A stretch of 63,381 nucleotides of DNA, the filler included, from Octopus bimaculoides (taxonomy: Eukaryota): the NCBI RefSeq assembly GCF_001194135.2. It is 4 parts of 4 records of this genome, joined end to end, with 100 filler letters (N's around TTAATTAATTAA, not from the genome) between each part and the next. Parts side by side here need not be neighbours in the genome. Positions count along the whole stretch, not along the records: positions 1 to 24,888 come from NC_069001.1; 3 more parts are not named here. The stretch is one strand, 5' to 3'. The first letter of the stretch is position 1. Each line of letters starts with the position of its first letter. Positions 1 through 12,787 of the stretch are shown here, piece by piece. Both the position numbers and the translations under genes were made by a program. Under the pieces are notes generated by a model. That model saw only the letters and a program-made list of their open reading frames with translations, was not told where the DNA came from and ran no database searches.

Positions 1-186
1 CTTGTGCACGTCTTCACGTTCGTTTTTCCCTTTTTTCTCTGTTTTTAATTATTTGTTCTTTAAGTTATATATACATATGTATATATATGTGTGTGTGCGT
101 GTAGATATGTGCGTGCGCACATGCATATGTATATATACACACAAATACACCCCCCCCCACACACATGAACACACATACACACACAT

Positions 187-234
<48 letters not shown>

Positions 235-429
235 TTTAAGAATAGCTCAAGGGCGTAAAGTTTCGTGGTTAAAAAACAAAATGTAAAAACGGGGTGTGTT
301 TAAATACTGGTTTGGCCCAGAAATGTTGAGCCTAAAGTTATGTCTGTGTCTATCATGTTATAAAGTTTATATACATACATACATACATATAAACATACAT
401 ACATACATACATACATATATACATACATG

Positions 430-462
<33 letters not shown>

Positions 463-653
463 TTATATCACATATATGTATATATATATATATATATCAC
501 ATATATGTACATGTATATATTTATATCACATTCAAGTATATATATATATACACGCTCGTGTGTGTGGACGAGTGTGTGTATGTGTGTGTATGTGTGTGAG
601 TGTGTGTGTGTTTGTGTGNNNNNNNNNNNNNNNNNNNNNNNNNNNNNNNNNNN

Positions 654-709
<56 letters not shown>

Positions 710-726
710 TGTATGTGTGTGTGTGT

Positions 727-1140
727 GTATCTTTCATGGCTTGGTTTCGCAAACAACGAAGATTCTGGAATATGGCGTTTCACGTCTACTGCAGGCTCGC
801 TGGTGACAAAAAGACTTTCTGCAAGGAGAATTCTATTCTGGGGTCTCTGACCGTCCTTCTCTGTGTTTTATCGACAACTGAGTGTCGCTAGGTGTTACAA
901 TGGGAAACCAGTGTAGATCACCGGCAACGGGGCAAAGTGCCAGTCACGGAAATTTTTCAGGATGTCTTTGAATCTCTTCTTCGGTATCCTCTGTAGTGAA
1001 GGCTTGTGGATGGTCTGTGATTCAACTTAATGATAGAAAAGGTATGAACTTCCATTCTGAAAACGTGCCATTTTTCTGATGACCTGGGCTCAAAGCCAGT
1101 ATATGGATCCGGTTAATCATGTGTCCTGTCTATTTCCGGT
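727..1140 (-). mobile_element. RTE-clade (BovB-like) LINE, decayed 3' fragment
   Basis: Minus strand encodes remnants GHMI..RI and PKKRFKDILK. It ends ATCTTCGTTGTTTGCGAAACCAAGCCATG before a microsatellite, resembling RTE-BovB 3' ends. Confidence 0.55.
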
Positions 1141-1703
1141 GGTGTGTGTTCTTTTTTTCTGTCTCCCATTCAGTTAATTCAGGTCTATGCGAACGAAAGC
1201 ATGTTAGGGGAAATTCAGATTTCCAAATTAATGGGTCACTGGACTAGTCTCGAGAAAGCACACGAACACACGTGCGCACGCACGTATACATACACACAAA
1301 AGCACACATAGATACACATGATGAGAGAAAAAACGTGGGGTTGAACTTGATATTCCCTTCTCTCAACAATTAGACATGCTTTCTTTAATGCATGTGGTCA
1401 CACTATAAAAGCAATCCTTAGATGCAAACCCAAAAGGGCAACACGACCTTTTAAGACTGGGTGATTCTTGGGCAATTCCTGGCCAAATAATCGAGACTGG
1501 ACAATTCCTCAAACGGACGAGAAATGCAGGTTACATTACTGCATTTATTGTATGACATCATTTAATTATCGAGTATTGAAACATATGCAACAGATGAAAT
1601 AAAGGAGTATCAAGTTCTTTTCTCTCATTATTGATGTGCTCTTCATATTACGTTATAGCCCTCCACGGACTGCACACGACCTTGCGTATATATATGTATA
1701 AAT

Positions 1704-2260
1704 ACGGGGCATTCAAGAAGTTTCGAGACGTTTTCAGAAGACATTTATTATTTGTTAAAAAAGAAAGTACAACACTCTCATCTTCTTTAAGCAGGATTCT
1801 CAAGCTGAGCTTGGGAAGCAAACAAAAGCCAAGGCAGCAAGGTTTGGAATGTGGGGAGGGTGATTTGATGCTTATCTTCGTAAAGTAGTTGGTTACCAGG
1901 ATAGAATTGTGGGCTGGTGCATTTTCCTGGTGCAGGTGCTCTGCGCTATTCGGACCAAATCTCTTTCTGAACTCCGTCAAACCTCCATAAAGTACTCTTT
2001 GTTGATTGTCTGACCAAGGGGAACCCAGTGGATGTAGATGATGCACCTGCTGTGGAAAATGGGGACCACCATTGCTATGCCTGGGTTCTAGTGCCAGTCA
2101 ACAACAGAGGCTTGACTCACGCAATCCACAAACCACTCAGAACATTTTATATGTTTTTGTAGCGTTTTTGACTAGTTTAACAGAAACTTTTATTGTAGAG
2201 CGGGCTTCCCAGTTTTCTTCACGTCCCGACTGCATTCTGCAAACTCGTCAGCTGTGTGTT
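1704..2260 (-). mobile_element. mariner transposase remnant (frameshifted, internally deleted)
   Basis: Minus-strand pieces IKVSVKLVKNATKTYKM, CIIYIHWVPLGQTINKEYFMEV and LHQENAPAHNSILVTNY...GFCLLPKL match mariner HTH and catalytic motifs (VPxGQTVN, LHHDNAPAH, DFxLFPKLK). The TIR pair was not found. Confidence 0.75.
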
Positions 2261-2361
2261 AAGAAGTAGTATTTAGTAGGGTGTATTTAAAGTCTTGTTA
2301 CAACTGTCTCCTTCAATCTGGAATAACAAACGTTGGTAGATCAGCATATTAGGTGTATAAT

Positions 2362-2540
2362 AATCCTTTCCACTATAGGCATAAACACTGAAATTTGGGG
2401 TGGGGAATAATCGATTACATCGGCCCCAGTGTTTCACTGGTACTTTATCGACGGAATTCGAACTCAGAAAGTAGCGGCGGGCGAAATACTGCTAAGCATT
2501 TCGTCTTGCGTGCTAACGATTCTGCCAGCTCGCTCCCTTA
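2362..2540 (-). mobile_element. Octopus-type tRNA-derived SINE, family A (internally deleted)
   Basis: Reverse complement reads GAGCTGGCAGAATCGTTAGCACGC..GAAATGCTTAGC..TTCTGAGTTCGAATTCC..GTCGATAAAGTACCAG, shared with the other copies. Confidence 0.8.
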
Positions 2541-2647
2541 TTAGATGTATAATAATGATACGCTAAAATCACAATAATCTAGAACAGTTAGAACTGCCAC
2601 TCTTAAAAGAAAGAATGTGCTAAAAACTTCTGGAATGTACCTCGTGT

Positions 2648-2698
<51 letters not shown>

Positions 2699-2818
2699 GA
2701 TGTAAATATATATGTATACTTATACGTATATAAGTATGTACATATATAGTAGTTAGAATTCCTGGCCTTCATCCAGGCGTACCGGGTTCGGTTCTCGGCA
2801 TGGTGACGCATTCTTCCA

Positions 2819-2981
2819 GGCACAGGAATGGCTGTGTGGTAAGAAGTTTGCATCCTCACTCTCATGGTTCCCTGTTCAGTCCCCTGCGTGGCACCTTGGG
2901 CAAGTTTCTTCTACCATAATCTCGGGCCCACCAAAGCCTTGTGAGTGGAGTTGTTAGACGGAAACTGAAAGAAACGCGTCG
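2819..2981 (+). mobile_element. Octopus-type tRNA-derived SINE, family B
   Basis: GGCTGTGTGGTAAG..GTTCAGTCCCCTGCGTGGCACCTTGGGCAAG..CCAAAGCCTTGTGAGTGG..GACGGAAACTGAAAG, followed by (TA)n. Multiple copies occur in the window. Confidence 0.85.
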
Positions 2982-3543
2982 TATATATATATATATATAT
3001 ACACATACGTACAGATATACATACATACATACATATATATATACATACATATATATATACATACATATATANNNNNNNNNNNNNNNNNNNNNNNNNNNNN
3101 NNNNNNNNNNNNNNNNNNNNNNNNNNNNNNNNNNNNNNNNNNNNNNNNNNNNNNNNNNNNNNNNNNNNNNNNNNNNNNNNNNNNNNNNNNNNNNNNNNNN
3201 NNNNNNNNNNNNNNNNNNNNNNNNNNNNNNNNNNNNNNNNNNNNNNNNNNNNNNNNNNNNNNNNNNNNNNNNNNNNNNNNNNNNNNNNNNNNNNNNNNNN
3301 NNNNNNNNNNNNNNNNNNNNNNNNNNNNNNNNNNNNNNNNNNNNNNNNNNNNNNNNNNNNNNNNNNNNNNNNNNNNNNNNNNNNNNNNNNNNNNNNNNNN
3401 NNNNNNNNNNNNNNNNNNNNNNNNNNNNNNNNNNGTTCCAGGTCTAGTTAGGAAAAACAGAAACGGAATCGATTCCTTCGTCTAAAATTCTTCAAACCAC
3501 TGCTGCAGCATGGCCGCGAAGTAATGGCTGGGACAAGTAATAT

Positions 3544-3600
<57 letters not shown>

Positions 3601-3904
3601 TACTATAAATAGATAGGGAGAGAGAGAGAGAGAGAGAGAGAGGGAAAGAGAGGGAGAAATGGGGTGGTGCCCAGCCTATATGTGATATGACTACACCTGA
3701 AATGAGAGCTCGATCCACGATTATGTAGAGGAGAGTATACTTGAATACTTCATTGTGACCAGCAAGAGGCCTCACGGAGAGTACATCCGCTTTGCCACAC
3801 CTCGCCGCAGGGCTTTACACTTGCTAATCAGAAGAAAGTAAATATATGTACGTATGTATAAATATAGATGTATATGTATATATATATATATACACGTATG
3901 TATG

Positions 3905-3976
<72 letters not shown>

Positions 3977-4267
3977 CCTATGATATATATATACAAACAT
4001 ATGTATATATATATGTATGCATGTATATATATGTATATATATATATATTTATATTCATGAATATATATACATACAAATATATAACGTCTAGATAGAATAG
4101 AGACAGCTGATGAAGGGATATTCCAAGTGGCTTTCCGTTTTCCTATGTGTTCGTTCCGTCGTCTGTAGTTTATTGTTCTAACGTCCTGTACCCTGATATG
4201 CATGTATATACACATGTAGATGTAAGTATGTACATATATGTGTGTATACATGTATATATATTCTTTG

Positions 4268-4311
<44 letters not shown>

Positions 4312-4362
4312 NNNNNNNNNNNNNNNNNNNNNNNNNNNNNNNNNNNNNNNNNNNNNNNNNTA

Positions 4363-4407
<45 letters not shown>

Positions 4408-4430
4408 GCACACATATACATACCTAGATC

Positions 4431-4467
<37 letters not shown>

Positions 4468-4849
4468 TGACATAATTATATAATCGTGATATAGCATGTG
4501 TTGACATGACATTTCCGTCGGCAGAACAGAAAGTTCGTCTCTGATTTTTGAACAATACTTGACACACGCACTGGTGCGCGCACATGCGCGAGCACACACA
4601 CACAAACAGACTCACACACACAACACCCACCTCATTTACAGAATTTCAATGGCTGACACAAGCATAAACATTTCTTCAGGAAAGCACATATACACATGGA
4701 AATGGATCTTCGTCTCTCTGCACGATGAATATTCATTTGTTGGATCAACTTAATCATTTATCCATTCTTTGTGAGTCTATGGGTACTTGTAGTTGAGTAT
4801 ACCACGGGTAGACGTCTACCCTTAACGTAATCTTCAGGTAGAATCGGGT

Positions 4850-4990
4850 ATAATCCATCCAGCGGGCTTCCACACAGTTTCCGATTCTCTATTTTCACTG
4901 ATAAAATTTGGATCGGCATGAAACTATGGTAAATGACACGTGACTGAGACGCCGCAATGTGAGATCGAACTCGATCTCACATTGATATTT
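4850..4990 (-). mobile_element. diverged family B-like SINE fragment
   Basis: GGCTTCCACACAGTTTCCG and GATCGAACTCG resemble the reverse complement of family B. Confidence 0.45.
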
Positions 4991-6691
4991 CGTGATTAGG
5001 AAGTGACTTTCTTAAACATTCTCTTTGCTGCATCCGAGCATACATTCACACACACAAACACACACATACAGATACGCACACGCATACACATACACACACA
5101 CACACGCACACGCACATATACTCATATATATATATATATATATATTTTTTTAAAGTTTCAGCTTAGAGCTGCGGCCATGCTGATGCACCACCGTATAAAT
5201 GTATAAACATTTACATGCATACATTCATATACACATACACACACTCATGTATGCATATATATTATATGTATATACGAATACACACACACAAAAACATGTG
5301 TATTTATACACACATACGCATGCGCACATACACACACATGCGCGCGCGCACACATGTTTCAGACATTTTGTATGTAAAACTGCGTAATCCAGTGTACTCT
5401 TTTGAGTGTTAAAGCAATAGATTTAGCTGCTATTAAGAGCACACCAAGCAATTGTGTTGGCAGGAATGGTAAAACCCTTTTAGAACCAGGGGCTAATTGC
5501 AAGAATATGGACGGCGGGTAGAGGAATAGGTGCCGAGAGGAAATATCGAATCTTTAATTTAACACTTTCGTTATAGGTAAGTCGGTTTTATTAAATTACT
5601 GCTTTACTCGAAGGCTTCAGTTATTTATCTAGCACCAGAGGCCAACTGCAATTTCATAAGAACCTGCAGTTTGTAAGTAAAAAAAATAAGAATATTCAAT
5701 TTTACAAATTCGTAGATTTGCAACTTATATTAAATATGTATCAATAGTTTGAACTCCAGGCTTTAAAAGTACTTCATGAGTAAAGGTTTCAAATTTGATT
5801 GTGGTTGATGCGTTCTCCTGGTACAGATACTTCTTCGTTAGATCGCCAAAGAGTAGTTTATTGCATGAGGTACAATCTGAATAGCCTGTATTTTCTGCTG
5901 TTGCTTACTCTAGTTGAATATAACTGCGGACACAAGCAAACTGTATTCTGTTGGAGTACGAAAGCTGCTCCATCTTTGTATCTATAATTTGCGATCACTG
6001 TACATCAGTACAGTGTTTTATGTGTTTATGTAAGATGGTCAACGCCAGGAAAACTGCTTTGCGGTATTTCTTTCAGCATTTTATGTCCTGAGTTCAAATC
6101 CTGTTAGTGCCAAGAAGAGGGTATATATGGTGCCAGGAAGAGGGCATATGTGGTCAATTGTTAGATCTCAAAAAGATCTTACCTCAAGCCTGTACAGACA
6201 CGTGGTCGACCGTGGCTTATAGGAGGAAAGAACGGCTCTACATGATGTTGTTAACTATTCTTGTGTCTATATATGGTTCTGTGATTGGCTCGACATCAGG
6301 AAATGATGGTGCTGGTAGTCGTGTATGTTGTTCTTAGAATGGTGTAATAACTGTTGTTTAGCATTAAATCGTTCTTGATGGAGAAGACCTATGTTCAAAG
6401 ACATTCCAGGTGTGGCTATTTCAGATATAGTGTACACATGCAAGCATGCACACATACATGTATGTATGTATGTATGTATGTATGTATGTATGCATGTATG
6501 TATGTATGTATGTGTATGTGTGTGTGTGTGTGTGTGTGCGTATTCCAGTATGTTCCTTTTTCAAAGATGTGTCTGAATATCTGTGCGTGTGTATATTTGT
6601 GTATTCTGTGTGTGTATACATGTGTGAGTGTGTGGAGTATGTGTATGTGTGTGTGTGTGTGTGTGTCTGTGTGTGCGTGCGTGCGTGCACG

Positions 6692-6752
<61 letters not shown>

Positions 6753-6766
6753 NNNNNNNNNNNNNN

Positions 6767-6826
<60 letters not shown>

Positions 6827-8350
6827 AGAGAGATGATTTGTAAGGTGTCATATCAAAGCGTGTTGTGGAGTGTGATATTTAGTTGAAATTCTTATTGTCT
6901 GGTGTTATAGTTTGCAAGAAGAGGAACAATAGATTATGGTAGGTGCTACAGTAGAGTCTGTTGTGGTGGAGCCAGCTTTCCTGGTGATTGATGGAGGGTT
7001 GCAGAAGTTGTTGTGGTGGTGCTGTGTTTAGGGAACGGTGAGAGGCACGTGACGGCGATGTATGGAGGACAAGGTGTGAACATGTGTTGGTAAGAACAGA
7101 AAAGGATGAAATAGCTGCGTTCGGGGAATCAAATTCTTTAAAACTTTGTACTGTATTCTACAGAAGTTTGGCATTCTAAGAACTAGTTGGTTCGTCAGAG
7201 TCATGTTTTAGTTTCTTTGAAGAATTCTAGAATTTAGATTCAGCGTTTGCTGAATTTTCTTGAGAACAATCCTTTCTTAGTGGTCAGACGATAGGTGGTC
7301 TTCTAGCATAATGGATGTCCACTTAGTGGCTGTGACCACTCAGTCTCTTATGTGCAGGAGTCCCAGGACTGATATTATCCAATGTGCCTTTTGCTAAAAC
7401 TGTTGGGCATGATTTTGAGTAAGATTTAGCTGCTGTTTTATCAAGGTTTTTCTTCATTGTCTTTTGGTTGGCGGGTAAATATAGTGACATGAACCCATAT
7501 TTGTGATTGGTATCGGGCAATGTATGGGTTGGTGATGTTTACGGGCATCTTTCTAGGTCTATTGTTGTTTATCCCAACCGCAAAAACAATTCTCATCCAA
7601 AGATCAAGGATCGAAAGTATTCTAGCAATGACCATCTTTTCTAATTTTCACGCATAATATACCTAGGGCTGCTGTATCTAATGTGTTTCTAAAAATGCTA
7701 GGATAAATTTTGAGGGAGATTTTGGTCGATTTTTTTGCATTTCAAACGAATGTGTAGTAACTCATAAAACAGAACAAAAGGCCCTCAGTTTATATGATGC
7801 AACTTCGATTGGGTTTTTCTTATAATTTTGTTGCAGTTTCCAGATTCTTGTGATTTCGTACGATTGAGTAGTTAGTGTTTATTGTATTTTTTGTGTTCAA
7901 TAATTATTTCAGGAACTTGGTGATATTTTTTATGGTGCATTTTTGTGATTACATCGAACCCCGAGGCTCTTGAGTTTGGGATTTCTCTATTATGTTTTTG
8001 GTATCGCATAGAAAGACGATATCAAAGTCACGATCTTGATGGAAGATTGTGTATCTCACAGATCGCGTTTCAGTATTCTATGTGTGTGTGTGTATGCGAG
8101 TAAGTGAGTGAGTGAATGAGTGTGTGTGTGTGTGGTGACTGGTTTTAGAAATTGTGTTTGATAGAGGGGCTTATTTCTTTAGTATTTTGTATATGTTAGT
8201 GTTATGGTGATAATGTGTGTTTAGTATGGCCGTTGTTGTTATTGTTGTTGTTGTTCCTAATGACATTCTACAATGTTGTTTTGGTCACAAATATTTGTCT
8301 TATTTCTGTTGTCTACATTTCTTTGTTGCTTTTATTCCTTTGTTTAGTGA

Positions 8351-8712
8351 GGCGGAGAGCTGGCAGAATCACTAACACGCCGAGAAAATGCTTAGCGGCA
8401 TTTCGTCTGTTTTTACGTTCTGAGTTCAAATTCCGCCGAAGTCAGCTTTGCCTTTCATCCTTTAGGAGTCGATAAAATGAGTGCCAGAATACATGGCATA
8501 GGTAATTTGCATAATTTAAACAAGAATGAGGAAAGAGAAATAACACAGAGGGGCCAGTCCCCTCTATTTGAATAACATAAACAAATATACAAGCATTTCA
8601 AATAGCTTACAGCATAAATTAGGACAGCTGTAATATTCGTTTAAGGAAACACATGTCTCCCGAAATTGCTTCTCCCGAAATTGCTGACCTGGTGCCAGAA
8701 TTTGAAATCATA
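8351..8712 (+). mobile_element. SINE family A, interrupted by a 173-bp inverted copy of downstream DNA
   Basis: The 5' part (8351-8487) ends GATAAAATGAGTGCCAG. The 3' tail CCCGAAATTGCTGACCTGGTGCCAGAATTTGAAA resumes at ~8660-8710. Confidence 0.8.
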
Positions 8713-9022
8713 TTTTCTTTCTTTACTTAATTGAAGAAGACATTTATTTCAGTTGTGGGGGTGTGATAGTTTTAGAAGACTCAGAACTTATCCTTACACA
8801 CAGATGTATGGCCAAGGAGCAAGGTGCAATAAAAACTTACAAATGTTGCAGACATGTGTTTCCTTAAACGAATATTACAGCTGTCCTAATTTATGCTGTA
8901 AGCTATTTGAAATGCTTGTATATTTGTTTATGTTATTCAAATAGAGGGGACTGGCCCCTCTGTGTTATTTCTCTTTCCTCATTCTTGTTTAAATTATGCA
9001 AATTACCTATGCCATGTATTCT
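8486..9022. repeat. perfect 173-bp inverted repeat (arms 8486-8658 and 8850-9022)
   Basis: The arms are exact reverse complements by direct reading. The spacer is 191 bp. Confidence 0.95.
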
Positions 9023-9364
9023 AATCCTTTTTGTATAAGCTTAAATTCCTTTGGCTTCCAGAGATAAGGTCGGACAATGATTGTGTTGATGGCTGCCCAC
9101 GACTGTCATTTTATCTCCATACAATAAGGCTGTCCTTTTGTTTAATGACGTATCAACTTTGGAGGATTCTAGACTTTTGAGATTATCTCCCCTCCACGGG
9201 TCTTAATTTCTATTCTGCTAATTTTGATACCTCCTCTAAAGGCGGAGATAATTTTAATAAATCAACAATTTAGCTTTGTAAGGTATTTGATTTTGTTATA
9301 CATGTCTCTGGTATTCAAATACAACCACAGACTACTGTGTTATTTCCTTTCGCTCAATTCTGCC

Positions 9365-10016
9365 TATATATATATATAATAATATAGATTTAATCAAAAG
9401 ATTAAATGTGGTACTTAAAATGTTTGAGGTACCAGAATTTGGTAGGGTAAAAACCAAAAACAAAATCAAGAGATTTGGTGAATAAAATTTGAAGAAAAGC
9501 AACAAAAATTCAATAGGTTATAGCAGTACGTACGTTTCGTACAAACTTCATTTATTCATGTAGTGAGAACACCACATAAAATGTGCACNNNNNNNNNNNN
9601 NNNNNNNNNNNNNNNNNNNNNNNNNNNNNNNNNNNNNNNNNNNNNNNNNNNNNNNNNNNNNNNNNGATGCCAAGATATCAAAAATGTAGTACAACGATTT
9701 TGCTATGGAATGGTAAAATTATTTTTTCGTTTCTGAAAAAGCAACGTCTTGGACTTACGACACTTTTGCATGATAGTAACGAAACATATATACATATATA
9801 TATATAATAATATAGATTTAATCAAAAGATTAAATGTGGTACTTAAAATGTTTGAGGTACCAGAATTTGGTAGGGTAAAAACCAAAAACAAAATCAAGAG
9901 ATTTGGTGAATAAAATTTGAAGAAAAGCAACAAAAATTCAATAGGTTATAGCAGTACGTACGTTTCGTACAAACTTCATTTATTCATGTAGTGAGAACAC
10001 CACATAAAATGTGCAC
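9365..10016 (+). repeat. ~220-bp direct duplication flanking a gap (9365-9587 and ~9795-10016)
   Basis: Identical sequence from the (TA)n tract to AAAATGTGCAC. The first copy ends exactly at an N gap. Confidence 0.85.
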
Positions 10017-10124
10017 ATGTAAGTGTGTGTATGCATGTATGTGTGCGTGCGTATGTATGTATGTATGTCTGTACGTTTGTATGTATGTATGCATTCTGCA
10101 TATTCATGTGTTTGTGTGTTTTAA

Positions 10125-10157
<33 letters not shown>

Positions 10158-10927
10158 GTGCGTGTGTGTGTGTGTGTACCTCTGTCACCTTGTGTGTGCA
10201 TGTCTGAGCGTGTCTGTTTGTGTATGGGTTTTTGTGACTATGTACTGTGTCTGTATGTATGGATGACTATCTCCATATGTGCGGACGTGTGTCTCCATAT
10301 GTGTCCTTGTGTGAGGTGCATACATACATAAAAACATACATACATACATACATGTGTATGCGCACACACACTGACCCACACACATGCACACAAACAAACA
10401 AAAAGAACACAGCTTGAATAACGGACAGAGTCAACAACTATTGAAAAGTTGCAAGACGAAAATTTTAGAAAAATAAGTAAATGAGTGGAAATTTTACCGG
10501 CGAGTGTATTAAATTATAAGGCACTAAAAGAGAATGACTTTCTCCAGTAACAACAGTATATATATATATATATATATATATATNNNNNNNNNNNNNNNNN
10601 NNNNNNNNNNNNNNNNNNNNNNNNNNNNNNNNNNNNNNNNNNNNNNNNNNNNNNNNNNNNNNNNNNNNNNNNNNNNNNNNNNNNNNNNNNNNNNNNNNNN
10701 NNNNNNNNNNNNNNNNNNNNNNNNNNNNNNNNNNNNNNNNNNNNNNNNNNNNNNNNNNNNNNNNNNNNNNNNNNNNNNNNNNNNNNNNNNNNNNNNNNNN
10801 NNNNNNNNNNNNNNNNNNNNNNNNNNNNNNNNNNNNNNNNNNNNNNNNNNNNNNNNNNNNNNNNNNNNNNNNNNNNNNNNNNNNNNNNNNNNNNNNNNNN
10901 NNNNNNNNNNNNNNNNNNNNNNNNNNC

Positions 10928-11405
10928 AACTACAACTAATATAGTTCTTAAATTTGATAGATATTTTCGCTGGTATAATGGTAACACACTTAGTTACATT
11001 AACAACGGGAGCGGGTTCGAGTGCCACGTGGATAGGAAAGCCTACTTCTTTTTCTGTCGAGGGGCTTATATGCCCCATTATTAGACTATTTTTCTTAGTC
11101 ATTGCATGGTGATCGCTATAAGCTTTAGGCTTATATAAAAATACCATTAATATTATTTGCAGGATTGTAAAACACGGCACCGTATAACAAACAAACCATT
11201 CGCACCGAAAACACATAGAAAGTTTGTTTACAAAAACAACTACGAACTCATATAGTTCTTAAATTAGACAGACACAGGGAGGCTAATTCGCTGGTGTAAT
11301 GATAACACGCTTAGTCGCGTTAAAAAAGGGATATGGGTTCGAGTCCCATGCGGATAGGAAAGCCTACTTTCTTTTCTATCGAGGGCCTATATGCCCCATT
11401 ATTAG
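10928..11405 (+). repeat. tandem ~309-bp units carrying a tRNA-like head
   Basis: Units start at 10928 and 11237 (CAACTAC..ATAGTTCTTAAATT). Unit 2 has a D-arm-like GTGT-AATGATA-ACAC and a T-arm ATGGG-TTCGAGT-CCCAT (11333-11349). Confidence 0.6.
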
Positions 11406-11679
11406 AATATATATATATATATTATTAGAATACACAGCGTATATGACTGCGTATAGGAGAATATATTACTCAAAGAAATTCCAACTTTGATTTTCACGTT
11501 TTATTTACAATCTTATTATATTGCATGACATCTAATATAATGGAATATTAAATGTCCATTCTGATTGAACTAGTATTTTCGTGCATTAAACTATGCAATC
11601 TTCAGATTCATGCAGTAGTGGTGACAGTTATGTTTTACAATTTACAACTCTGACAGTTGTATATATATATATCCATATA

Positions 11680-12787
11680 CAGGGGTTGGACAAAATAATG
11701 GAAACACCATGTTGGTGGAGGACATCGACTCCTTACTTGTTTTTCTAAGATGCACCATAAATGTTCAATAATATTGAGATCTGGGGACTGTGGTGGTCAG
11801 ATAAGATGTTCAACTTCACTAGAATGTTCCTCGTGCCATTCAGTAACAACTTTAGCAGTGTGAATTGGTGCATTATCTTCTTGAAAGATTGCGTTTCTCT
11901 CCGGAAACAGTTCCACAATCATAGGATGAATTTGATCAGATAAAATGCTTAAATAGTCTTGGCTATTAATTCTGCCATGAACGGAAGCCATTGGGGCAGC
12001 GGATTTCCAAGATATAGACCCCCAGAACATCACAGATCCTCCTCCATGTTTAACAGTTGGAAGAAGGCAGTCTGGGTCAAATGCTTGTTTTGGCTGTCTC
12101 CACACGTATACTCGACCGGTGGTCAGAAATAAAGTAAAGGACGACTCGTCCGAGAAAGTAACATTCTTCCACTGCTCTAGGGACCAATTCTGTAGGTTTT
12201 TACTCCACTCTAAACGCTTTGTAACGTTTGATTTTGAAAGTAGTGGTTTTCTGATTGCAGCCCCCCAGTGAAATTCGGCTTTGTGTAGCTCCCGGCGAAC
12301 AGTTTTTGTGGAAACTGGGTTCTCGAGGTGCTCTGCAGTAATTTTGGGAGCTGTATTTTTGTGATCCTTTCTAACAATTCGGGTAACAGCCCGACGGTCT
12401 CTATGCGAAAGTTTTGGTTTTCTTCCGGAGTTTTGTTTCGACGACGAGGTTTTTCCCTCTTTCTCAAAGGCTGTCATTACTTTCGAGACAGTACTTCATG
12501 ATACACCAAACATTTCAGCCATTTTCGTTACGCCAGCGCCTGCCATACAAGCACCAACAATTTGACCTCTTTGAAAGTTCGATAGATCTGTCATTTTAAT
12601 GAATTTTAATTACCATTCTCTGATGGTATCTGAAAAGAAGCAGCAATTTCAGCAAAACATATTAAGCAACACTAATAATAAATAAAAAAAAAAACATAAA
12701 AATAAACAGGCTTTTGACAGTTTTATAGATATTTCAAAATTATGATTCTATGATGCTAGTTGTTTCCATTATTTTGTCAAACACTTG
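11680..12787 (-). mobile_element. Tc1/mariner DNA transposon, near full length, DD36E (Incomer-like) type, inactivated
   Basis: 29-bp TIRs: CAGGGGTTGGACAAAATAATGGAAACACC (11680-11708) and an inverted copy at 12759-12787 with 4 mismatches. TA flanks both ends. A transposase frame lies between them on the minus strand. Confidence 0.93.
11715..12594 (-). pseudogene. Tc1-family transposase pseudogene (2 nonsense codons, C-terminus deleted)
   Basis: ATG at 12594 gives MTDLSNFQRGQIVG...GVS*STVSKVMTAFEKEG...GRKPKL...FSDES...KHGGGSVMFWG...FQEDNAPIH...HLI*PPQSPDLNIIEHLW. In-frame TGA at 12498-12496 and 11799-11797. The frame runs into the TIR shortly after IEHLW. Confidence 0.92.

Noticed and set aside
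4100-4145. CTGATGA hammerhead-like core
   Set aside because: There is no downstream stem II or GAAA and no pairing stem I. Only half the motif is present.
6880-7660. Possible decayed retroelement ORF on the minus strand
   Set aside because: It has multiple stops in all frames and no diagnostic motif that I could recognise.
9520-9990. GAAACGTACGT palindrome (minus strand) in the duplicated segment as a ribozyme, and the duplication itself as biological
   Set aside because: There is no CUGANGA core. The duplication abuts a gap and starts in (TA)n, which is typical of assembly redundancy.
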